Positions 48,516 through 60,280 of a DNA stretch of 64,000 nt are shown here, in pieces. The stretch's first letter is position 1. Each line of letters begins with the position of its first letter. Under the pieces are notes generated by a model that was given only the letters and a program-made list of their open reading frames with translations, had not been told where the DNA came from and did no database searches. This stretch comes from Lama glama (taxonomy: Eukaryota): assembly GCA_028534125.1 (NCBI GenBank), contig CM052817.1, positions 48,238,001-48,302,000 on the forward strand. Reading direction: 5' to 3'. Position numbers and translations under genes: made by a program.

Positions 48516-51046
48516 CTTTGCCTTCTGCAGCGCCTGCATATTTATGGGGATCGCCGATGTTTCTGCCAGTAACTAACACTGCAGCAGCGGTACCCGGCCC
48601 GGACGCCCCTCGGGAGCGAGCCCGGGGACGGGGAATCGGGGAAGGCGGCCGTAGCGGAGGCTGTGCCGCAAGCGCGAGCCCGCGATCCATATTTAAAGCC
48701 GTGACTGGCCTCGGCCGGCCCCTTGCCCTGCCCTCGCTCGCGCCCGCCCGGCCCCCACCGCCCCCGGCCGCCGCTCGGCGTCAGCCGCCCGAGCAGCCGC
48801 GGCGGCGGGGAGGGGCCTCGGCCGCACCGCCTCCGCCGGGGGCTCGGGCTCTGCGCGCAGCTCCCGCCTGGAGCTGGCCGAGGACCCTGCTCCCGACCGA
48901 CCGCCTTCGCCTTCCTGGGTTCCCTCTCTCACGCCCTGAGCGGGCTGCTAGGTCCAGATTTTGTACTATTCACAGGAGTTCCCCGCTGGGGAGAGCTTAT
49001 TCTCTCTTGCAGAACTGAAGTTGCTCGCATTTCCCAGCCCCGAACACTCCTGACGCTACTTTATAAAACTTGAGGAATATAGGTAGACAGAGTGCTGCTA
49101 AGTCAGGGACACGATGCTAAGTCACGGTTCACTTTAGCAAAGGATGTCTGACTCTCAGCCTTGTCCTCTGCGTATGTCACTGATGGCTTCTGCCTTCCTC
49201 GAGCAGTTCGGAAAACATCTTTAGCCATCCAAGGGAGTTTCTTGAGATAAAGAGATTATTGTATTTACTCTGTTCCTAAGGCTACTGATAAGGTGTAAGT
49301 CATCTTTGTCAAGCAAATACTACTAATAATGTATCAATGACCCAGCCCCATTATGATGAATTAAGTAGACCATTAAGATCTGAACAGACTGTCAGCACAC
49401 ACACCATCTGATGTTCTGGGTACTGCTAGAGAGGAGCCACTTGATGGATGGGAGCCACACAGTATATGATGCAAGCGAATATGCATTTCCTATTAATACA
49501 TATTGTACATATAATAATATACGTGTGGAAGTTACTGACCAAACTGCATTTTCGACAGTAGCCACCAAAACATATAAAGCCCGAGATAAATATCACATGC
49601 TGACTACCTGCTCCTGGTTCCAATTCTTTCTTCAGTACTAAGCTAAATTAATAAGACCTCCAGGAAAAACAAATCTGGAGGAAAATCATTTGAGAACAAA
49701 GGCTTTTCTTTCCAGTATTTAAAACTGGAATAGATCTATTGTACCTCACCAGTGTCTGGGAAGCAAGTATATACTTGTATCTTTTTTAAAAACCTGTTGT
49801 GTTTAAAACCCTTAGTCAGTGCTCAAAAGGCACTAGGAACCACCAGAGGCTGTCTAATGTTTAAAATTAAAATATATTAATGTTGTGTGTCTGACTGTCA
49901 TTAAATCTGGCTCACATGTATGTTCACACATTCTACACGACCCACTGCAATGACATGGGAAATTCAAAACAGAAGGTTTTTTTTTAATTTTGCTTTCAAG
50001 GTTTTGCCTATATAGTTATATTGTGGTTTTAGACTAATGTTAAAATTAACTTTCAGTCCCTGAGCACACAGTTAGCAAGAATCAGCAACCCCAAAGTAAG
50101 CTCACAGGAAAAGAGAAGCCACTTTTGTATTAAGAATTTGCCAGGGCTGTTCAGCAGTTTTTCACACTGTGGATTATGTATTTCAACATAGTTGGCAATT
50201 TCTCATTATAATAGTGAACCAGCCATGAATGGTCAGCGTTGGTGACTGGAAAGGGAAAAGTCCAAGAAACCTATGTTTTCCAATATTCTGCTACAAAATA
50301 TATCAAACTGTCCTTCACACAAAGCAAATAGGTAACCCCTGGAGGCATTTCACTATGAAGATTGACAAAATTTTACCCTGAAAGGGGTATAAACCTAGAG
50401 TGTGGAGTGGGAGGCAGGGAGGGAGTTAGAGCCTCACTGTGAGGTAAGGTTCTGTGTGTGTCTTAAATTAATGAGAAAAAGACTTGTCTTTGGCAAAAAG
50501 CCAATAACCTCTGTTATCATTCTCATTACTTGCTGTTTGCTGTCCCACAATTAAAAGAGCATGTTCCATTTCCTTTCCTATTGATTATTGTCCAGTAATT
50601 GAGATGTATGTGTTTTTCTTTTGAAAGGTCATTGATTAAGTTTTCTCGTTAACTCTGCTTGTGGTCACCTTTGCAATTGCTATTCCGGGTGAGGACAATG
50701 AATCCTGAGATCTTTTTTTTCACCTACCCTAAAACTTAAATTATATCCCTTGATTCACGTGAGCTCAAAGAAAGATTTATTTGTTCATTTTATATCGGAG
50801 TTCTCACAGCTGGTTGACAAGAAGAATGAACAGAAAAAATTAATGGAATTAGGAAAACAGTATAAGTAATCTTTACTAATAATGATTTATTTATATTTTT
50901 AATAAATAACTCTCTGTGCTAAATGACCTTCTAGAATACTCATCCACTACTGAGCTTATCAATCAAGTTTCTTTAATAATCATCCGGGGTCCTTATAGTT
51001 ACCTAAAGGAAACAAAGAAGGGCAGAAGAACCCTTGTTTCAACAAC

Positions 51047-51066
51047 AAGCACCATCTAGTGGCAGC
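51047..51066 (-). promoter_or_regulatory. Candidate CTCF site
   Basis: Minus strand CTGCCACTAGATGGTGCT matches the core CCACYAGRKGGCRC at all but about two positions. Confidence 0.55.
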
Positions 51067-53304
51067 AGGTGATGAAACCTCCTGAAGACATAGTGTCTCC
51101 AACAACAATGAAGATGAAAGTGTTTGAATAGGCAATCCAGGCAATCCTGGTCTTGGAGAAGCATGGCACTCTTTGATTCTAAAACAGGAAGGCTGTATGT
51201 AGAAAAATAATGCAACTAATAGGCTGTGAGATGATTATTCAAACAGATAATCATCTACAGATCTGACTTGCAGATAGGATTATTGCCACAAAGAGTTTTT
51301 TCAACCTTTGTGTGACTTTGTATAGTAACACCTCTTTGTAAAGACTTCTGTATATTTTTACTTTAAGACCTCCGTATTTAATTTTCCTCATTATATAAAC
51401 CAAGGAGAGTGATGGCTTATCACTGGATATTATATGTAAAGGATTTTATTCAACAAACAGCAGAAACCATAAATATAACTATTTTATTTGGGTTTTTTAT
51501 TATTCTCTTTTATTAGAAAAGAAAACGGGTGAAAGATATCATAGAATGCTTATCCTGGAGTTGTACAAAATTGCAACATTCATATACATCTCATTTGGGG
51601 GCCTAAACCAAAGGAGGTAGTGTAGATATGTTATATCCTGTAACTACAAACTTCAAAGAATGACCAGAAATGTTTCTATCAGCTTCTTTATAAATGCCTG
51701 GCTTATTGGTGGCAGTCTGACAAACATTTTGCTATACAGAATAGAGATTTGCTTTGTGCCCCTATTTGTTTTGTCTTGTAGTTGTTTTGTTATTAAACAA
51801 TATCACTGCAGAATGATCATTACAGAGGCCACTGCGGAATCAGGTTAGTCAACCACTTTGTGACGTAAGAGTAAGGAGAGAGAAAACCACTTTTTCTTCT
51901 CATCTAGTCTGGAATAAAAGCCACGATATAAATAAAGACAGAGAGAGAAAGGGATCGCTTAAAGACTTCATTTTTATTTCACTTACACTTCAGAAAGTAC
52001 ATATTCAGTCCAACAAATTCCTGAATAAGTTCCACCAACCTAGATTTATAATCTAAATTCCCTTTCTCAAATCTCAGGTTTAAAAATAACTGTAGCCCCT
52101 TTTATGAGGAGTGAAGAAAGGTGAACACAGTTTTTGCGAGCTGTCAGCATGGCACGAGCTAGGGAAAATAATTTTATTTGGTTAAATTTGTGTCATAAAT
52201 TGCTTCACAGGTTCAACTACTAAGCTTTCAACCATATCCAATTGTCACTTTAAAACACGTACCTAAAGTCAAATATTAGGAGAGGTTCTAACGCCTAAAA
52301 ACAGGCACCCATCTCTGTTCATGTCAAGGAAGGCAAGTTATGCAAACTTTCTGGGCCCTCAGTTCCCTCAGCAATAAAATCAAGGGGCTTAAGATATTAC
52401 CCCCAAGTCCAGTAGTCCCAACAGGATGCCAGAATATTTCCCTTTAATACAATTTGAACAATATATTTGTGATAGAGAAACATGCAAATCTTTCAGAAAT
52501 TGTATTGACACACTTATTATGAACGCTCTGCTTAATAACCCTAGGCCGGAGTTTCGGCCTCTTCATCCTACAGGAATTCACCCACGGACGCCTAACCCAG
52601 GACATGGGCCTCTCTCTTTGGAAAGGAAAAGGGAAAATTAAATTGAGCTACTAAGCCACTAAAACCTATGCCCTCTATGATTAAAAAGATTAGTCTGGTT
52701 TTAGGTAAGATAGTAGAAAATTACATCAGACTTCTTTACTGAAACCGACTCCCAGGGCCCTTGGACTCTGCTAATCTGTGTTTGTGTGTGTGTGTGTGAC
52801 CGCACCAGCCACCTCCCAGGCACAGACAGGTGCTTGTTCCTTTGTATCCTGCTGGCCTCCCACCTCCCGGAGGATGAATGAGTCCAGATGGCAGGCTGCT
52901 TGCTCTGAAGTTGCTCTTCTTTTTCTCCTGTGGACTGAGTCACATAGACACAGCTGTTCCACTGCATGGAGGCAGGTTTTCTACAGATTAACCGACCACT
53001 GGATCAAACTGGGCCATGACCATTCTCATCCCATTGGTCTACTCCCCAGACCAGGCCTATCCTGGAGAGCACATCTTCATCTCCTTGCAAAGAACCAGTT
53101 GGCACTTCTCGTACACATCTGCCAGACTAATCTCTTTACGGGAAATGCTGCAGAGGTGAAGTCTGAATATTAAAAGTTGGCCCTTTTTCCCCCTCTATCC
53201 TGAGGGAGGAAACATTCTAAGCAAATTTGCCCTTTATGGCTTTTCAATTTCCCTTTGCTGCCCAAAGGATGCTCAGTTCTACACAGAACATGAAGCATGG
53301 CTGG

Positions 53305-54020
53305 GTCATCCATTTAGTCCACATACATTTATTAAGAACCTATTTACTTGGGAGTTTGAGATTTGCAGATACTAACCACTATATATAAAATAGATAAACA
53401 ACAAGTTTATACTATATAGCACAGGGGACTATATTCAGCATCTTGTAGTACCTTATAGTGAAAAAGAATATGAAAACCAATATATGTATGTTCCTATATG
53501 ACTGAAGTATTGTGCTGTACACCAGAAATTGACACAACATTGTAAACTAACTATACTTCAATAAAGATACTTTTTTTAAAAAAGAATTTTTAAAAAATCT
53601 ACTTACTATGTGTCAAGGAACTTCTAGGTGATCCTAGAACAAGCAAAGTTCCAGCTCCATGGAGTTTACAAGTGAACAAATAAATGGACAAGATCATTTC
53701 CATTTCCTTGCTATGCCGTAGTAAATGGTATGAATGGAGTGGCTCCCCATCCCAGTTTACAGTTCCAGCGCACCCTGTTATCCCTGTGTAATGGTAATAG
53801 CACTCCCTTCCACTCCCAAGAGAAAGTGGTGAGAAATTATAGACTCATCCTAGCTGTAGAAGAAATAAAACACAGTGAGAGTGTGAGGGGGAGCTATTCT
53901 CAAGTGTGTTAGGGAAGGCCTCTCTGACGTGGTGATGTTTGAGCACACAGATCTGAAAGACAAATGAATATGTATGAAAAATTTTAAAGGCAACTTGACA
54001 GGAGAAACAGCATTTGGCAC
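53305..54020 (-). mobile_element. LINE-2 fragment interrupted by a younger L1
   Basis: CATCCATTTAGTCCACATACATTTATTAAG...CCAGCTCCATGGAGTTTACA...AGGGAAGGCCTCTCTGACGTGGTGATGTTTGAGC. Confidence 0.7.
53349..53590 (+). mobile_element. LINE-1 3' UTR fragment nested in L2
   Basis: TTGGGAGTTTGAGATTTGCAGATAC...ACTATACTTCAATAAA; degenerate TSD AAGAACCTATTTACT / AAAAATCTACTTACT. Confidence 0.88.
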
Positions 54021-54204
54021 AGAGCCTTACACATAGTAGGGACTCAATAATTCCTTGTAGAAAGATCAGTTGCATCCACTCTTTTTGGAACATTCCAAAT
54101 AGCCTTACTCATCCAGAATATATTTCTATTAAGACAGATCCAGGCTCCACAAATTCCTTAAGACATCATTCTTCCTAAACTATAGCTCTTAGACTACGTC
54201 TATG

Positions 54205-54390
54205 TATTTATTTGCATGTGCAAAAATATCTCAGGAAGGATATACAAGCAACTAAAAGCACTATTTGCTCCCAGGAAAGGGAACTAGGTGGTTGTGAGGT
54301 GGCCTCACAAGCAGGAGGAAGATTTTCCACTGCAGCCTTTGTACTTTTTTGAATTTTGAGCCATGCAGATAAATATCTTATTTTTTAGCT
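54205..54390 (+). mobile_element. Old LINE-1 (L1ME-like) 3' end
   Basis: AAATATCTCAGGAAGGATATACAAG...GTACTTTTTGAATTTTGAGCCATG. Confidence 0.6.
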
Positions 54391-54993
54391 TAAATTTGTA
54401 TATTTGAAATATACAAATAATTTCATTCGCTGCCTACAGCTATTTTCCGAATTACATATTGTATATCATAATAATATATAATGAACGGAGACCTTCTGAT
54501 AGACAGTGAGATTAACCGCCCTACAAACTATGAAACAGTGGCTCCTGCGACACCAGGGACAGGGCTGGAATGTCTGAGCCCTTTCATAGTGATTGGATGC
54601 TGTTCAATGCTGACAGTGTTTGCTCACTGCCCACCTGGGCTATGTTCAAATTAGTGTCTTGGGATGAGAAGATCCTCAAAAGAAGATTGCTGCTTGTCTT
54701 GCACCTGGGCAAATAAAAATACAGTACAGAATTTTAAAATAGCATTGTATTGAGCATCTTGCTGCACCTTGATTATAGCTGTTTGGTTTTCAAAAATGAA
54801 AATCTGTTACTTTTTTTCTGCTATGATAGTAATACAGTTTCATTATAAAAAAAAAATAGAGGGAATAGCAGTGAGAAATATCCTGTCAAAGAAGGCTGCT
54901 AATATTCTGGTATATTTTCCTCTTTGCATAATTAAGATTTGTGGCTTCCAGTTGATTGATCATATTATATTTTTTCAAAACGATGTGGTCTAA

Positions 54994-55366
54994 AGGTGGG
55001 GTCCCTATGGGCAGAAGCTCTTGGACTCTGTCCTTTGGGTTTTTATGGAGGCTACACTACAAAGACACCATTGATTAAAATCATTGGCCATTGGTGTTTG
55101 AACCCAACCTCCAACCCCACTCCCCTCCCAGGATGTCAGTGGGGGTGCAGCTGGGAGTCCAAACCGTCTGTAATTACGTGGTTGGCTCCACAGACAACTA
55201 GACCCCATCCTTAGGTTAGTGACAAAATTTGCCTCGTTAATATAGCAAAAGACACCTTTATAGCTCTCTTCACTTGGGAAATTCCAAGAGTTTTTAGGAG
55301 CTGGGGGCCAGGAACCCCAGAAGAAGACCAAATGTATATAAGAAAAAATATATTTTTGGTCATCTG
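54994..55366 (-). mobile_element. ERV LTR fragment (MER21-like)
   Basis: TTGATTAAAATCATTGGCCATTGGTG, GGAAATTCCAAGAGTTTTTAGGAGC and GAAGACCAAATGTATATA are recalled MER21-type motifs. Confidence 0.75.
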
Positions 55367-57989
55367 AAAAAAAAAAAAGATGTGGTCATTGAGCCTAATT
55401 TTAAGTGAAGACAATCTCTTTTGGCATAAAACACAAGAGATACAGTTTGAAGAGAGACAGCTAGAAAAAAGGGGTGTGAGGCCTGAATTTGACACCATCT
55501 TTCTAAACCCAGTTGATAGCTGTTATGCGCTTATGTCAGTACAATTCCAGAATTGCCTTTCTGCTTATGAAAATTCATATGGAATAGGCCATTGACAGTG
55601 TCTACCATGGGGTAATGAAAATATTGATAGCCCCTCTAGCAGTACTAATACTAATACTAATACTGCTGATAGCCACCACAACGTAGAGATTACGACATTC
55701 CAGGGACTGTTCTAATTACTTAACATAAATGAACTCATTTCATCTTCATAATAACCCTATTATGAGTAGTGTTATCACCCCCATAATCAAAAGAAGCAAT
55801 GTGAATACCAGAACTCCATGTATTTTCTTACATGTCAACTCTGTTTCAGATTTCCTTAAAACTTTGGAGTTGGGGGTTGGTCTTTCTCTGTAAACTTAAA
55901 CATCTGATCCAGAGAGTTGGCTAATCATTGGGGAAATCCACACAATATGATACCTTAATTACATCTACCGCTCCAATTTCAACTGAACCTGACAGAGCAC
56001 AAATACACTAACACCAACACCTGCATATACTTTCTGAGAAATCAGCTATCCAAAACCAGGACTTTTGGAAGTTGAAGCCACCATACTTCGGTTTTATTTT
56101 CTTTTTTAACATGTCTACTTTTTTAAGCATAGCTATTTAAAATGAGATTTTTTTGTGTGGTGTTTTCTTTTAACTTTAATCCCATGTATGTGCTTTCTAT
56201 CCACAATCATCCCTAGAGGACACAAAATAGACACACAACATATACGTTTGAAGGCCATTACTGACTTTCCATGAATGGGTCACACCATGGTATTTGCTTG
56301 GTCCATTCCTCCTTAATTTTTTAATTTTTCATGTTAAAATAAGTGGTAGAGGAAAATCTTTTTCTTGGTGTTCTGGTATTGTTATTGTTTTGGTATTTCA
56401 GCCCTGGCCTGGTAGTAGCAATCTTCATCCCTAAATTAAATTGTAAGACTTTCATCTCTGTTTATCAAAAACTAACATTTCATCCAGAATTACACAGAAA
56501 TAGGTAGCCAATGTCCTTCAGTAATTCTTTCTTGCTTAAACTTAAAGGTTAGTACTTAGTAAACATTTGTCAGAAACTATCTGTAATAGCATATATAATG
56601 GTAAGACAGAAACTGAAAGAGGGAAATAATTTTCAAATAATTAAAAGGTAAATTCCTTTCCTCTCAATTTTCCATTTGAGGACTTTGTGAACTTTGATCC
56701 AGGAAAAGCAGCCTCAAATCACTTGTACGTGCTCACATTTCTTCATAGATTCAGTGATGTCTTGGAACCAACAGCCTGACATCCTAGTCCAGGGAACATA
56801 TTAAAATGAACCCTAAAGAGGAACAATGTAGAAGAAAGAGTGCTAGACAGCTCTTGCTGCCCAGCCAGTGGCCCTCAAATTCCATTACTGCTTCTTTGAT
56901 TAAATTAAAATACAATAAGTATTGAGTACTTATTTAACACTTTGTCTATCCTGGCAAGAGAAAAAGACATTTCCATTTAGAGAAACAACTATTCAAAAGC
57001 TTCTGCTGATGCTGCAGTTACTATTTGAAATAAAGAGCAGAGTAATCAAGTAGATGAAGGTGATTTTTCAGAGAACACAGAAGAAAAGGTTACGTACTAG
57101 GTATAGGGTGCTGTCCTAATAAACTGCTCTCCTAGTCTTGCTTTAGCAGAGACCACCAGTCAAGGGAAATGGGAGGAGTCCGGTGTAACGCTAAAAGATT
57201 TTAAGTAAATAAATTCAGAGCTGCATCCAACGATTAATAATGGCTACCATTTGTCAAGAACTTCCTAATCCTTATGGAAACCTTGTACGATATAAAAATT
57301 ATCCCTATTTTACAATTGAGGAAAGAGAGGCTCCGAAACATCAAGCGCCCAACCTCAGGTCATACACGTACCAAAGTTATGGAGCCAAGGTTCCGAACCC
57401 AGGCCTAAGCTCCCCCTCTTTCCACTCTACCATGTTTTCTCAGTCTACCCCGGGGAAGTACATGGAGAAAATGAAGACTGCATGGTCCTTGGTTTTTGGT
57501 GGGAAGTCTGGGCTCTTTTCCACCCACCCACCTTCATTTTCAGCCTAAACTGCATACAACGCAGGTTGTCTTCCTAAAGCATCATTTTGATTAAGCTCTC
57601 GCCCTCCCTTTAAAAAACAAACAGAAACCCACTTTCAAAGCTCTTCATCAACTACAGAATGAAGTGCAAGTTATCTAGCTTAGAGTTAGTGGCCTTTCCT
57701 GACCTGGTTTCAACCAGCCATTCTTATACACAGCCTGATGCGCCACACAATGCAGATTTCTCACCATTTCCCAACACAAGCATTTTGTTTTCTTGAACCT
57801 GGTTGCCAGCTAATGCCAATTTTTTCTTTTTCTCTTTTTTTTTTTTTAACAGGAATGACTTTCTTTTCTGGAGGAGGTTTGAGGTGCCTTTTAGGCATCC
57901 AATTCTAATAAACAATATCACAAACGTTAACATTTCAGGGAGCACTTACATTTTCTCAGCTGTGTACACACTCACTGTTTCTTTGCCAG

Positions 57990-58592
57990 TGTGGCAGATT
58001 GTATCTCCCAAAGTGACGTCTCCCATCGTCACTTCCTCTCCTCTGGTGTGACCCTACCACTTCCCTGTGAAGAGGTAGAGGCTAACCCTCCTCTCCAGGA
58101 ACCTGGATGGGCGTGGGCCTGCTTTCGCCAGCAGAACACAGCGGAAGTGAGTCTGTATGGCTTCAAGGCTGGGTCATAAGGGATGATGCAGCTATCACTC
58201 TGTTTGCTGGAACAGTCACACTTAGACCCTTGAGCTGCCATTTAAGTCCAGTTGTCCTAAGGCTGCCGTGCTTGGCTCCAAGCCAAGCCACTTGGAGCAA
58301 CCACATGAAGAAGCCACCTATAGGCAGTCCAGCTGGCAGTTCTAGTCGCCAAGTCTTCCCAACACAGGCCCCAGCTGTATGAGCGAAGGGGCCTCCAAAT
58401 GATTTAGCCCCCGATCATCAAATCACCCCAGCCCTTAAACCTTCTCAGCTGAAATCCTAGACACTGTGGAGCAGAGACAGGCACTCTTGCTGTCTGCTGT
58501 GCTGACCCACAGAATCTGTGAGCATAATAAATGATGATCATAAACTACTAAATGTTGGGGTAGTTCGTTAAGCAGCAATAATAACTAGATCA
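57990..58592 (+). mobile_element. MaLR solo LTR (MLT1G/H-like)
   Basis: Starts TGTGGCAGATTG and ends ...GCAGCAATAATAACTAGATCA; internal CTGACCCACAGAATCTGTGAGCATAATAAATG polyA region. Confidence 0.85.
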
Positions 58593-58701
58593 ATGCATTA
58601 AACATTCGAGTAATAAATACATTTAAGCTATAATCTTACCGATATGCTGCCAGTAAAATACTACATACTGGGAGGAGCATGCCATCCCCAAACAAGGTTC
58701 T

Positions 58702-58852
58702 CTCTCTATATTTTTGTTTGTTTGTTTGTTTGGTGGGGAGGAGGTAATTATGTTTATTTATTTTAATTTTTTTAATGGAGGTCCGGGGGGTTGAACTCAG
58801 GATCTCGTGCGTGCTAAGCACATGCTCTAGCACTGAGCTATACCCACCCCTC
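58702..58852 (-). mobile_element. tRNA-Ala-derived SINE (Vic-1-like)
   Basis: Minus strand GGGGTGGGTATAGCTCAGTGCTAGAGCATGTGCTTAGCACGCACGAGATCCTGAGTTCAACCCCCCGGACCTCCA plus tail; TSD CAAACAAGGTTCT (58689-58701) / CAAACAAGATTCT (58855-58867). Confidence 0.92.
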
Positions 58853-60099
58853 CACAAACAAGATTCTTAAACTGTCATTTTACTTCCTCAAATGAAGGTT
58901 GAGTAACCACATTAGTGATGACGATGGAGCAGACGAGGAATCTGAAGTTCAGACATAAATTTGTCACTTCATTCTTCTCAGTAAAATTAAGTTTGGTTGT
59001 AAAGCATATTCAAGTTTGATACAAGCTGGAGTCAAGTGAAACCACATTTTAAAGCCCTGATGCACATACCCACGTTTCAAATCTTGTGATTCCCCTTACA
59101 TTCCATGAGCAGCTCTCCTAGGGATCCCTCCAAGTTCACACGAGTGGAGCTCCAGAGAGAACAGACTGCTGGTGGGTACAGTCGCTGTATGACAGGTGGT
59201 TAGGGAATTGGAACACAGAGTTGTTTTGTTTTCAGGACAATCGTCTTTTTTTTTTTCTTTTCTTAACAATCAGTATTTTACTCTTTACCTTTCTTTCAAA
59301 AAGTGTGAAATAGGAGAATTTGGCCTTGGATATTAGGATTTTTTTTTTCAAAATAATACCTTGATTTGTAAACTGTCTTAACACAATGTACTAAATTTTG
59401 AAAGTAAATTATTTTGCCAGGAATTAGTATCTGCCATCCTATGAGTGGATAAAGTCAATCTGTTTTGCCTCTTCAACAATGATAAATATTTAGGGACTGA
59501 TCACTCCTTCATATGAGTGACTTAAGCCAGCACCAACAGTAAATTACATCGCCCGATGTAGCAGTGATTTCAGCCACTGGCTCTGACAGGGCTGGTCTTT
59601 GACTATATTTTTACTTCTCCATGAGTCAGTAAGTTTTGATTACTCTTATAGATCCATAATCAATATGAAACTTTTAGTCTTTTATCAGCAAAATAAATTA
59701 AACTCAAGGCTCTTGACTCAGCTCCCTATCTTCACTATTATGCCGTATTGATAATACTAATACTGGTGCTGGTGCTCGGAAGTGTTGCGATGCTGAAAGC
59801 CCCTAAAAAAGAAAAAAAAAAAAACAGTAATCTATGTGTGCTTGCATATTTTTTTCCATTTCTTTCCAAAGAAATAAACTGACATACTCAGTATTCAGAG
59901 TCTTAGAATGTTCCAGCTGCCATATGGTAATTTTTATTTTGGGAATTATGGGGTCATGCCATTTTTTTTTAATGTTGTGCTGTAACAACTTAAAAACAAA
60001 TTTTTGTTTGTTTGTTTACCAAACAGTTTGAATTTAAGGGCTTGTTATATTTCATGAATGTATACCCAGTAAGAAATAGGATAAGAAACTAGTTTAAAC

Positions 60100-60280
60100 C
60101 AGGGGTCACCAAACTTTTTCTGTAAAAAATGAGAGTAGTGTTTTTGGCTTTGACAGCCACAAGTTCTGTTTCAACTATTCTCAATTCTGCCACTGTTGTG
60201 AGAAAGCAGCTGTGGACAATATGCAAATGAATGGGTGTGGCCACATTTGGCCACAGAGGGCCATATTTTGCCACTCCCTG
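60100..60280 (+). mobile_element. hAT-Charlie MITE (MER58A-like), internally deleted
   Basis: Termini CAGGGGTCACCAAAC...TTTGCCACTCCCTG; 8-bp TSD GTTTAAAC (60092-60099) / GTTGAAAC (60281-60288). Confidence 0.9.

Larger units (their letters stand above)
47330..49060. promoter_or_regulatory. SLC4A4: CpG island / SLC4A4 distal promoter
   Basis: Abrupt rise in GC and CpG density versus AT-rich flanks. GC boxes (e.g. GGGGCGGG near 48373) and TATA-like elements on the minus strand near 48546-48539 and 48697-48691. Surrounds exon 1. Confidence 0.92.

Noticed and set aside
58776..58850. Apparent tRNA-Ala(AGC) gene (also at 1715, 13409, 14620)
   Set aside because: Mismatched stems, SINE tail and TSDs mark these as retroposed SINE copies, not tRNA genes.
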